A stretch of DNA of 64,000 nt from a virus. The stretch covers positions 1-64,000 of IMG/VR virus record IMGVR_UViG_3300020171_000001. One strand, given 5' to 3'. Shown in pieces: positions 19,551 through 27,566 of the stretch; position 1 is the first letter of the stretch, and the number at the start of each line of letters is the position of its first letter. The translations under genes and the position numbers were made by a program. The notes beneath the pieces are model-generated. The model made no database searches and was not told where the DNA came from. It was given only the letters and a program-made list of their open reading frames with translations.

Positions 19551-20302
19551 GCCAGCACCTCGAACCGCCGGCAGCGCCACTTGTCGCCGGCGCGCAGCAG
19601 GTCGTACGCCTCGACGGCGACGGCGATCACGCCCCCGCCGTTGAACTCGCCGTCCCACCGTTCGGCCTCGGCGCGCCGCGGGAACAGATACAACCCGGGG
19701 TGGCAATCGGTCGTCTCGTCGACCGAGAACCACGGCGCCCCGTAGACGCCCGGCTCGTAGTCGGTAGCGTCAGCGTGCGTGCTCCGACGCGTGCGCCATC
19801 CGCGCAGCCGGCCGTCCGGCAGCCGCCCCCATGCGGACAGGTCCTGCGGCGGCCATCCCGCCGCGGGGTCGAGACACGTCCCTGCCAGGTCGGCGCAGGT
19901 CAGGTCCGCGCCGACCAGGATTGCGCCGGCCAGGACCACGCGGTCCATCTCGGCGTCCACCAGGTCGGCGTCTGACAGGTCCGCGTCTGACAGGTCCGCG
20001 TCGTGCAGGACGGCGCGGCTCATGACCGCGTCGGTCAGGTCGGCGCCGACCAGGTCGGCGTCGGTCATGTCCGCTCCGACCAGGACGACACCGCGCATGT
20101 CAGCGCCCCGTAGTACGACGCCCCGCATGTCGGCGCCGTACATGTTGGCGCCGGCCAGGTCGGCGTCGGTCATGTCCGCGCCCCACAGGTCGGCGCGGCG
20201 CAGGTCGGCCCCGCGCAGGTCGGCGCCGATCAGATGCGGCCGCCACAGGCTGGCGCCGCTGCGGACCTGCCCCCTCAGATAGCACACGAACATCGCGGGC
20301 AT
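19547..20302 (-). CDS. pentapeptide repeat protein with C-terminal phage domain
   Basis: ~23 A(D/N)(L/M)xx repeats, then APWFSVDETTDCHPGLY...KWRCRRFEV. Confidence 0.9.
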   Translation of the reverse strand: MPAMFVCYLRGQVRSGASLWRPHLIGADLRGADLRRADLWGADMTDADLAGANMYGADMRGVVLRGADMRGVVLVGADMTDADLVGADLTDAVMSRAVLHDADLSDADLSDADLVDAEMDRVVLAGAILVGADLTCADLAGTCLDPAAGWPPQDLSAWGRLPDGRLRGWRTRRSTHADATDYEPGVYGAPWFSVDETTDCHPGLYLFPRRAEAERWDGEFNGGGVIAVAVEAYDLLRAGDKWRCRRFEVLA

Positions 20303-20304
20303 GG

Positions 20305-20607
20305 CTAGTAGCCCACCCCGGGGGTCTGGCCCACGCGGTCCGCGAGCCAGTCGTCGTATCGGGCCGCGTGCGTTCGCGACCCGTGCCCGGCCGCAGCCTG
20401 TCCGGTCTCGTCGCGGAACTCGCAACGACCCACCGCAACCTCGCGGGCTTCGTCAAGCACGAGACCGCAGACGTGGTACCGCGGCCCGAAGGGGGCCACC
20501 TGCGCCGTGCAGGCTCCCTTCAGGATCCAATCCTGGAGCGGGCCACGATACACGGTGCGGTTGCCCCCCACGACGATCTCGTACATCGTCGCGGCTAGAA
20601 TCGCCAC
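20305..20607 (-). CDS. hypothetical protein
   Basis: 100 aa. Confidence 0.55.
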   Translation of the reverse strand: MAILAATMYEIVVGGNRTVYRGPLQDWILKGACTAQVAPFGPRYHVCGLVLDEAREVAVGRCEFRDETGQAAAGHGSRTHAARYDDWLADRVGQTPGVGY

Positions 20608-21065
20608 TGGCTCTGCTCCCGGGCCCGCTGGAGGAGCACGGAGATCGGTTCCCCGCCGACCCCCAGTAGCCGCGCACCGGCGCTGGCATGGTCACGGCAG
20701 GTCCGCCCCCGGGGTGCGATCATCAGCATCGGACCGCTCTCCAGGAGCCGTGCCATGGCCTCCTCCCAGTCGGCCGGCTCGGGCGGAGCCAGGGCATCGC
20801 GGAGTACTGCCACGGAGGGCATACTTCGCAACGCATCGACCAGGGCCGGTCGGGCCCAGAGCTGGTCGAGTACCAGGTCCTCGACCTGGTCGAGTACCAG
20901 GTCCTCGACCTGGCCCACCGGCTCGACGTCCGGAAGCCCCTCAAGGGTGCTCCGGTCATCGGCCAGGGCGGCCAGGGCGTCGGCCAGGGCTCGGCGGTTC
21001 TGCTCCCCCCGAGACAGCCCCCGGCGATACCGGGCCCACCCGGTACGGCAGGTAGACCTGGCCAT
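20595..21065 (-). CDS. hypothetical protein (QVEDLVLD x2)
   Basis: TGATG coupling. Confidence 0.55.
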   Translation of the reverse strand: MARSTCRTGWARYRRGLSRGEQNRRALADALAALADDRSTLEGLPDVEPVGQVEDLVLDQVEDLVLDQLWARPALVDALRSMPSVAVLRDALAPPEPADWEEAMARLLESGPMLMIAPRGRTCRDHASAGARLLGVGGEPISVLLQRAREQSQWRF

Positions 21066-21508
21066 CAGGCGCCCAGCCCCTGCCCGCCGGGAGCCGGCGA
21101 TTTCCCAGGAACCACCGGGGCCACCGGATTGGCGACGAACGCGCGCACCCGCTGCAGAAAGCTCTGCAGCCGGGCGTCGCTTGCGTCCCCACGGCCATTC
21201 GTGGCGTGGGGCGCCACGTAGCTCAGTCCCGGCAGGACGACCTGCAGGGACAGGCACCGGCGGATGGGCTCAGTGACCCAGTGCAGGGCCCCGTCCCGCA
21301 GGGCCCGGGAGAGCCCGTTGCAGGCTGACCCGGCCGGGGTCTCCCAGACCACGAGGTCGAAGGAGTCCGGTCGGGCCTCGCTCAGGCTGCAGGGCTCCAG
21401 GAGCAAGCCCGGTCGGGCCCTCCCCCAGGCCATGGAGACCCGGCTGCCGATTACTCGGCCCCCCGCCGAGCGGACGGCCGCCTCCACCGCGGCGCGCTGC
21501 GCGGTCAT
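21065..21508 (-). CDS. hypothetical protein
   Basis: ATGA overlap. Confidence 0.55.
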   Translation of the reverse strand: MTAQRAAVEAAVRSAGGRVIGSRVSMAWGRARPGLLLEPCSLSEARPDSFDLVVWETPAGSACNGLSRALRDGALHWVTEPIRRCLSLQVVLPGLSYVAPHATNGRGDASDARLQSFLQRVRAFVANPVAPVVPGKSPAPGGQGLGA

Positions 21509-22377
21509 CGGGCTGCTCCCGGGGCAGGGGTGCGCGACGAACCCGAGCCCACGGCGTAGCACGCCGTGAGGTAGGCGTTCAGCGCGAGGCGCTGATCCAG
21601 CCCCTCCCGGCTTCCCGGCTCCGCGTCCGGGTTCCAGTTGAGGCCGTCCGCGGGCCTCACGACGAACACCCAGGTCTGGTGCATCGCCGCGTCAGCCGGG
21701 TCGCCCCAGTCGTTGACCACGAGCGGGACAGTGTCCGTCGCGGCCCACGCGGCTGGGTCGAACCCCTGGGTCCGCCCAGGCTCTACGACGCACGCCGCCT
21801 GGATGACGGCGAGGCCGCGATCAGCGAGCCGGGCCGCGAACGCCCGCTGGCGCTCCGGCAGCCCGAGCATCTCAAGCTCGAGCCGCGAGAGCTCCGGCAG
21901 GGCACGCTGGTGCCACTCGCCGTCGGCGCCCACGCCGCCGCATGCATCGCGCTGCCCGGCAAACAGGCCGAACACGCTCTCGACCGTGGCCCGCGCCAGG
22001 CTCAGCTGCGCTCCCAAGCAGAGCGCCGTCAGCGGCTTGTCGGCAAGGGCGCCCCACGTGACCGCCCGGGTGTCCGCGACGGCCCGCGCCAGGTCGGCCT
22101 GAGCCTCCCCCCGACGCGCGACCGTGCGGGAGCCGGCAGCCTGCAGGGCCCGCAGGGCGACCGTCTTGGCCGCGTCGGACACCTCAGCGGCTCGCCGGGC
22201 CGCGTCGTCGAGCAGGATCTGCGCCGTGGTGGCGAGATCCGCTGCGACCCGGAGCGCGTCCAGGGCGGCCACGCAGGCCGCCTGGGCCTCCTGCTCGGCT
22301 CCCCGGTACCGCGACGTGGCGGCCCCCAGCTCGGCGCTGGCCACGCCGAGACGGCACATGTTGTCGGCGGGGTTCAT
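21505..22377 (-). CDS. Ala-rich hypothetical protein
   Basis: RBS GGAGG, 290 aa. Confidence 0.65.
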   Translation of the reverse strand: MNPADNMCRLGVASAELGAATSRYRGAEQEAQAACVAALDALRVAADLATTAQILLDDAARRAAEVSDAAKTVALRALQAAGSRTVARRGEAQADLARAVADTRAVTWGALADKPLTALCLGAQLSLARATVESVFGLFAGQRDACGGVGADGEWHQRALPELSRLELEMLGLPERQRAFAARLADRGLAVIQAACVVEPGRTQGFDPAAWAATDTVPLVVNDWGDPADAAMHQTWVFVVRPADGLNWNPDAEPGSREGLDQRLALNAYLTACYAVGSGSSRTPAPGAAR

Positions 22378-22679
22378 TGCGTCACCTCCCAGGGCAGGAG
22401 ACGACGGCGCGTCGCCGGCTCTGACAGGCCGAGACCGAGACCCCGAGCGTGGCCCACCAGGAAGGCAAGCTCGGCCAGCGACACGGACCGCACGACCACT
22501 TCCCGGCGCCGGTTCGGCCCGGGACGGTTGACCGTGACCGTGCAGTCCGGCACGGCGCCTCCGGGCCCAACCGTCATTTCGGCCACGGCCCAGATCAAGC
22601 TCCGACCCTCGCCCTCGGAGGCCAGGGTGAACCCGCGGCGCGGGCCCCAGACGTAGTCGGGGCCACCGATGCGGCTCAC
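22374..22679 (-). CDS. hypothetical protein
   Basis: GTGA overlap. Confidence 0.5.
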   Translation of the reverse strand: MSRIGGPDYVWGPRRGFTLASEGEGRSLIWAVAEMTVGPGGAVPDCTVTVNRPGPNRRREVVVRSVSLAELAFLVGHARGLGLGLSEPATRRRLLPWEVTQ

Positions 22680-23212
22680 GCCTGCACCGTGCCCGTGCCC
22701 GCCTCGCGGGTCTGGCGGGTCTGGCGGGCGGCGATTCGGCGCAGCCGCCGGCGGCTCTCCTCGTCCTGGGCGAACAGCGCCAGGACCCAGCGGAGTCGGG
22801 CCCACGCGTCCGGCTGCGCGGGGCTCGCGGGGTCCAGGCCCCAGCCCCACGCGAGGGTGGGGACGCGGTCCACGGAGCGCAGCATCCGGCCGAGCTCCGC
22901 GTGGCTCAGCGCTGACCAGCGCTCCGGCTCCGGAAGCCGTCGCAGCATCTCGCTGCGCAGCGCTCGCGCGGCGTGGAACTCCCGCTCCACGTCGCGGAAC
23001 GCCTCGGACGCCCGGGCGAAGTCGCGGCGAGCCGCCGACTCCCCCCGCGTGGCCTCGGCGAGCTCGAGCGCACCGGCCGCTGACAGGGCGCCGTTCTCCC
23101 GGATTACCCGCTGGCGGGCTTCCCGGCAGGTCCGCTCGGCGTCCCGCATGTTGCGGCGGGCTGCCGCTCGGGCATTGGCGAGGCGCCCCATGCGGCGCTG
23201 CAGGGCGCGCAT
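22676..23212 (-). CDS. Arg/Ala-rich coiled-coil protein
   Basis: TGATG coupling. Confidence 0.55.
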   Translation of the reverse strand: MRALQRRMGRLANARAAARRNMRDAERTCREARQRVIRENGALSAAGALELAEATRGESAARRDFARASEAFRDVEREFHAARALRSEMLRRLPEPERWSALSHAELGRMLRSVDRVPTLAWGWGLDPASPAQPDAWARLRWVLALFAQDEESRRRLRRIAARQTRQTREAGTGTVQA

Positions 23213-23439
23213 CACTGCGCGGCCTCGCAGTCGGGGCAGTCGGGGCTCAGATCTTCCGAGGAGATCTCGGCCCCGAGACCAAGCTGGCGCCGGGCCTCGG
23301 TGCGCAGCACGTCGGGCCAGCGACCCGCGAGCTGCAGCGCGGCTGCCATCCCCAGGGACTTGCCCGTGGCCGGGTCTGTCAGTCGCACAGCCCCGAGGGC
23401 CGTGCGGCTCCAGACCAACGCGACGATGGTGGCAGCCAC
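23212..23439 (-). CDS. hypothetical protein
   Basis: coupled; ends CPDC. Confidence 0.5.
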   Translation of the reverse strand: MAATIVALVWSRTALGAVRLTDPATGKSLGMAAALQLAGRWPDVLRTEARRQLGLGAEISSEDLSPDCPDCEAAQ

Positions 23440-23978
23440 TAGCGGTCACCCCGGGCCTCGGCGCGCAGTACGTCAGCGAGCCACTGCGCCCGCTCCGCTG
23501 GCCGGACGTCGCAGGACCAGTAGCCCGACTCCGTCGGTGCGAGGCTCCAGTCGGACGTGGTGTCCCACGGGACACCGCCGGCCGCCACGACGCGGGTCGC
23601 CACGGACTCCAGGGCGGACCCCGGGCCCTCCACGGTCAGACGGACCGTGTGGCCCTGCGTCGTGCCGGTCAGCACGGCCTGGCTGGCTCCGGAACCGTAC
23701 CGGAGTTCCCAGGCGTGCCCCAGCACCCGCACCAGGAACGGTGCGGGCTCCGGGTTGCCGCGGTCCCCCCCGACACCAGCCTCGCCGCAGGCCACGTCCC
23801 AGGCGGCCATTGCGGCTACCCAGACGTCGGCCGGCCGCGTGGCCACCGGGCAGAGATCCACGGCCGCCGCCGGCGTCATGCCGTCGAAGGCTCCGGCCGC
23901 GGCGCAGAACCGCGGCCAGACCGCGCTCAGGGGCCCCTCCACCTGCCAGCGCAGGGGCACCTCCCGATAACTACTCAC
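23439..23978 (-). CDS. hypothetical protein
   Basis: GTGA overlap. Confidence 0.55.
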   Translation of the reverse strand: MSSYREVPLRWQVEGPLSAVWPRFCAAAGAFDGMTPAAAVDLCPVATRPADVWVAAMAAWDVACGEAGVGGDRGNPEPAPFLVRVLGHAWELRYGSGASQAVLTGTTQGHTVRLTVEGPGSALESVATRVVAAGGVPWDTTSDWSLAPTESGYWSCDVRPAERAQWLADVLRAEARGDR

Positions 23979-24247
23979 GGGAGAACCCGGGCCCCGGGCC
24001 CCGGGCCCCAGACTTCCGGGACTTCCGGGATGTCCAGGAGCCCCTCGCCTTGGTCCACGGGCTCCTCGCGGAGCATCGTGGCGGCGGAGTCGAGCTGGCC
24101 CAGGAACAGGGCGAACTCGAGCTCCAGGAAACCGAGGGCGATGTCCTCGGCCTCCAGCTCGGCCGTCAAGGGCAGGAGCCGGACGGCGCCGCAACGCGGC
24201 TCCGTCAGTGCCCAGGCGACCATCAGGTCGCCGTAGGAGTGCGCCAC
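23975..24247 (-). CDS. hypothetical protein
   Basis: TAGTG coupling. Confidence 0.5.
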   Translation of the reverse strand: MAHSYGDLMVAWALTEPRCGAVRLLPLTAELEAEDIALGFLELEFALFLGQLDSAATMLREEPVDQGEGLLDIPEVPEVWGPGPGARVLP

Positions 24248-25299
24248 TACGGGCGGCCCCCCTTCGGGGCGACTGGGGTCACCTTCACCCCGGAGCGCTT
24301 GGCCCCGAAGGACCAGCGCTTCAGGACCACCACGTCCCCCAACCGGGGCAGCGGGGTGACCTCCTTGTCCATGTAGGCCGGGGCCGGGGCCAGGGCCGGG
24401 ATGGCCTCGGCGATCTCGGCCCACCGGGCCACGGCCTTGGGATCGGAGGTGAACTCCATCCCCTGGGCCCCCTGGGCTTGGTGGCGCTGGCCACCCTTGC
24501 GGCCCCGCCGGGCCGCCTTCATGCCGCGAACGCGGCCCTGGGCCGCCTCGGCGGCCCGCCGCTCGGCCTGCGCGGTGCGGAGCACCGCTTGGAGCTGCGA
24601 CAGCAGCTCCAGGGTGGGGGCCGCCTCGGCCGCGGCCTCGCCGGCCGCCTCGGCGGCCTGGCTGGCGGTGCGGGCCCGGGCCGAAGCCCGGGCGATGGCG
24701 TCGAGCTGGGCCGCGCCCAGCTCGCCCAGGTCCTCCGGCTCGCACCGGAGGCTCCGGGCGACCGCACTGACGAGGCCCAGGATCTGGGCCTCGGCCCGGG
24801 CGAGGGCCTGGGCGGCCTCGGCGGCCTCGGCCGGGGCCAGGGCCCCGGCGGCCGCGCCGGCCCACTCGGCCGGCCGCAGCTGGCGGAGCTGCGCCAGGGC
24901 GGCCCGCAGGTCGCCCTCCTCCAGCGCCAGGGCCGCGCGGGCCCCGGCGTCCTCGAGGACCGCGCCGACCCGCAGGTCGGCCGCGGTTCGGGCGGTAGCC
25001 CGGGTCGCCGCCACGTGGGCGGTCCAGGAGGCCTCGACGAGGCCGCCCAACGCCAGGGCCTTGGCCTCGGCGATGCGCCGGGCCTCTGCCTCGGCGCGCC
25101 GGGCCGCGCGGCTGGCCGCCGCGGCGGCCGGGTCGGTCCGGTCAGCGACCGGGCCCCCGTTCGCGGGGGGCAGCGGGTTCCGGGCAGAATTGCGGAGCAG
25201 GCGGGCCTGCTCCTCCTGGACCTTTCTCAGGGCCCAGGCCGCGGCCTTGTCGCCGCGGGCTGCTGCGTCCCGCAGGACGCGTTCGAGTAGTTGGTTCAT
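24247..25299 (-). CDS. Ala-rich coiled-coil protein
   Basis: 350 aa, RBS AAGGAG; first gene after the structured non-coding region. Confidence 0.75.
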   Translation of the reverse strand: MNQLLERVLRDAAARGDKAAAWALRKVQEEQARLLRNSARNPLPPANGGPVADRTDPAAAAASRAARRAEAEARRIAEAKALALGGLVEASWTAHVAATRATARTAADLRVGAVLEDAGARAALALEEGDLRAALAQLRQLRPAEWAGAAAGALAPAEAAEAAQALARAEAQILGLVSAVARSLRCEPEDLGELGAAQLDAIARASARARTASQAAEAAGEAAAEAAPTLELLSQLQAVLRTAQAERRAAEAAQGRVRGMKAARRGRKGGQRHQAQGAQGMEFTSDPKAVARWAEIAEAIPALAPAPAYMDKEVTPLPRLGDVVVLKRWSFGAKRSGVKVTPVAPKGGRP

Positions 25300-25481
25300 G
25301 GTGATGTCTCCTTCGCCCGGGTACTGGCCGGGCTCATCACGGTTGGGGAGCAGCAGCCGATATCAGCGCTCGCTCCGTCTGGTGAAAGTCAGGTAGGGAG
25401 ATGTGGGTCGAGAGACCCCTCCCGTGTGCCTGGCTTTCGGCTGTCGGGCTCGGAGCCGGAATTGGCTCAGAGTCCGCAGCG

Positions 25482-25552
25482 CGGTCCCGGCCGGGGGTGT
25501 CGAACCCCCGGGGCTGGCGGCTTGGGAGCCACCTGCCCGGTCCTCCGCCGGG
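25482..25552 (-). ncRNA. tRNA-like element TLE3 (no D stem, no 7-nt anticodon loop)
   Basis: CCCGGC/GCCGGG acceptor + CGGGGG-TTCGACA-CCCCCG T-arm + ACCG; internal hairpin; 71 nt. Confidence 0.65.
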
Positions 25553-25650
25553 AGGGATAGGGGGCGGGCCAGGTCGGGTGGGAACCCGTGGGTCCTGGCT
25601 CGCCCCCCAGTAGTCGGTTGGGGACCGTGGCCCACAGTTTGGGCCCCGGA

Positions 25651-25742
25651 AACTGACTGGCTGGTCAGCCAGTTAGCCGGGGCTACGAGATGACCGACTG
25701 GTCAGTTTGGTAGTTGGGGCTACGAGATGACCGACTGGTCAG
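25651..25742. repeat. 27-bp direct repeat x2 with TGACC-N4-GGTCA palindrome, plus one variant; operator-like
   Basis: GGGGCTACGAGATGACCGACTGGTCAG at 25679 and 25716; variant TGACTGGCTGGTCAG at ~25654. Confidence 0.8.
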
Positions 25743-25790
25743 GATACCTACATCGCCCTACCTGTGGGGTATGGTAAGGTAAGGTTCTGT

Positions 25791-25970
25791 GGGGCAAAAT
25801 GCCCCGGTGGGGTGTGGCAGAACGCCCCAACTGGGGAGAAATTCCCCAGTGAGGTGCCATGGCGAGGGGGGTGCAGTCACCCCAGTCTCTCCTGGCATAC
25901 CCAATCCACTGGGGCAAAATGCCCCAACTGGGGCAAAATGCCCCAACTGCCCCAACTGGGGCAAAATGCC
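25791..25970. repeat. palindromic GGGGCAAAATGCCCC / CCCCAACTGGGG array
   Basis: copies at 25791, 25911, 25930, partial 25958; variant GGGGAGAAATTCCCC at 25833. Confidence 0.85.
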
Positions 25971-25975
25971 ACACT

Positions 25976-26046
25976 CGGTGGCAGCAAGGGGAGTCGAACC
26001 CCCAGCAGCCCCAAGGCATAGCCCGGGGGCGCGTTCCGACGCTGCC
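25976..26046 (-). ncRNA. tRNA-like element TLE2
   Basis: GGCAGCG/TGCTGCC acceptor + GGGGG-TTCGACT-CCCCT T-arm + ACCG; 71 nt. Confidence 0.7.
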
Positions 26047-26226
26047 AGATGTGCTTGGCCGATTGCGGCCAAGCGTCTGACTGTACCCTTGCTTGCACCC
26101 GGAACCTAGCGACCGCGGGGGACATGAAGCTGGTATCTCCGCGGCAGGACTCCCCATCGGGGTACTGCGGGAACCTTGTAGGTCCGGGTGGCCCATGTCT
26201 GCAAGCCTTGCGGCGAGACATGCGGC

Positions 26227-26247
26227 GTATTCGGTTGTCAAGGTGCC
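26227..26247 (-). promoter_or_regulatory. rrn-type boxA antitermination-like site preceded by boxB-like hairpins
   Basis: GGCACCTTGACAACCGAATAC directly after hairpin GCACTGCCC-GGAAT-GGGTAGTGT. Confidence 0.55.
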
Positions 26248-26324
26248 ACACTACCCATTCCGGGCAGTGCGCTCCGGCAGCAACACCTTCACTGCCAGAT
26301 AGTGTGCCTCAGCGGCACACCTTC

Positions 26325-26876
26325 CTACCGCTCCGACACCCCCCGTGTCGCAGCGGCCACGGCCCGCTGCCGCGTCCGCCCCTTGCCCCGCTTACGCTTG
26401 CCCCGCTTACGGGGGCCGCGGTCCTCCGGGATGGACGCCATGACCGCCGGGATGTCACCTGACATCCGGGCCAGCGCGTCGGGCCGCGGGAAACGGGTGG
26501 ACTGCGCTGCGGTCCACAAAGCCAGGGTGTTGTCCTGGACTTCCCGGTTGCCCGCCGGAACCCCCGAGTGCTTCGGGGACTCCACAACCCGCTTCTGCCG
26601 GGGGCCAGCACCCGAGAGGGCCTTACGGCGCTCCCGTGCCCCGTCCAGCACCGAACGGGCCCGTTCCCGCTCCTGGACGGTTGTGCCCCTCTGTTGCAAG
26701 GTACGCTCGGCCCCCAGCATGGCCGACTCGTACCGGGCCGTGACACGGGACAAGTCCCGCGCCATGTCCTCTGGCACGCCACGCCGACGCAGCGTCCAGT
26801 AGTCGAGGCGAACCCGGAGGGTCGCCTCAACCTGTCGCTGCGGGACGGTCCCGTTGCTACCGTTGCCGCGTGCCAT
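26325..26876 (-). CDS. basic (Arg/Lys-rich C-terminus) hypothetical protein
   Basis: RBS GAGGAG; RKRGKRKRGKGRTRQR tail. Confidence 0.7.
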   Translation of the reverse strand: MARGNGSNGTVPQRQVEATLRVRLDYWTLRRRGVPEDMARDLSRVTARYESAMLGAERTLQQRGTTVQERERARSVLDGARERRKALSGAGPRQKRVVESPKHSGVPAGNREVQDNTLALWTAAQSTRFPRPDALARMSGDIPAVMASIPEDRGPRKRGKRKRGKGRTRQRAVAAATRGVSER

Positions 26877-26890
26877 TGCTCTCCTCTCCT

Positions 26891-26938
26891 CGGTGCCGGG
26901 CCGGGGATTCGAACCCCGCGACTGCGCCTTTGCCCGGC
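26891..26938 (-). ncRNA. tRNA-like minihelix TLE1
   Basis: GCCGGGC/GCCCGGC acceptor, 13-nt linker, CGGGG-TTCGAAT-CCCCG T-arm, ACCG; 48 nt. Confidence 0.7.
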
Positions 26939-26969
26939 AAAGCCCCGGCCCCGAAGGGCCGGAGCTTTT
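26939..26969. terminator. bidirectional terminator-like hairpin with UUCG loop
   Basis: minus: AAAAGCTCCGGCCC-TTCG-GGGCCGGGGCTTT. Confidence 0.6.
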
Positions 26970-26973
26970 GCTG

Positions 26974-27504
26974 CTACACCTTGCCCACCGGGGCCCTTTT
27001 GTCCGGCGCCACGTTGCCCAACGTGGCCAGGGTGGCCAGGATGGCGTTGACCGCATCGAGGTCCTTGGCGCTGTCCAGCGTGGTCATGCGGTCCCGGATG
27101 GCCCCGGGATCCGTCGTTGCCGCCAGGATCTCGGTCATGGCGTTGGCCTTGGCCTTGTCGAGCCCCTTGGGGGCCGGGGCCTCGATCCCGTGCCGCTCCC
27201 GGATCTCCCCGGCCAGCGCCGTGGCCAGGTCCTTGGCCACGGTGCCGAAGCCCGCGCTGACCGCCTTGGCCCGGGCGTAGGACATCTCCTGCTCCGGGGT
27301 GAGCCCGGAGAGGAAGCCCGCGTGGGCCACCGTCTCCTCCAGGTCCGCCGTGTACCTCAGCGTCCTGGTCTGGGCCTGGACGCGGAGCCTGCGCTCCGCG
27401 CCTGCCACCGCCTGCTTGACCAGGGCCGACTGGAGCGCCTCGCACCCAAGGTCTGCCAGGATGGCCTGTGCTTTCTCCGCCGGGGTCTGCTTCGTGCTAG
27501 CCAT
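26974..27504 (-). CDS. hypothetical helical protein
   Basis: MASTKQTPAEKA...; RBS AGGAG. Confidence 0.75.
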   Translation of the reverse strand: MASTKQTPAEKAQAILADLGCEALQSALVKQAVAGAERRLRVQAQTRTLRYTADLEETVAHAGFLSGLTPEQEMSYARAKAVSAGFGTVAKDLATALAGEIRERHGIEAPAPKGLDKAKANAMTEILAATTDPGAIRDRMTTLDSAKDLDAVNAILATLATLGNVAPDKRAPVGKV

Positions 27505-27566
27505 TGTCTTGTCTCCTGTTGCTAGTTGAGCCCCCCAGCACCACGCTGGGGGGCAAGTCGCTTGTC

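Noticed and set aside
25300-25355. Hammerhead ribozyme (minus: GTGATGAG-CCCGG..CCGGG-CGAAG)
   Set aside because: C3 and A15.1 are missing and there is no stem I. Better explained as a GTGATG/CATCAC hairpin around the RBS.
22449-25396. Long plus-strand ORFs (595, 360, 331 aa) and similar antisense ORFs elsewhere
   Set aside because: Arg/Pro/Gly-rich shadows of coupled genes on the other strand, expected at ~70% GC.
25482-26938. Canonical tRNA genes or attP tRNA 3' remnants
   Set aside because: No D stem, no 7-nt anticodon loop and no encoded CCA. Each has its own matching 5' acceptor strand, which a bare att fragment would lack, and no integrase is nearby.
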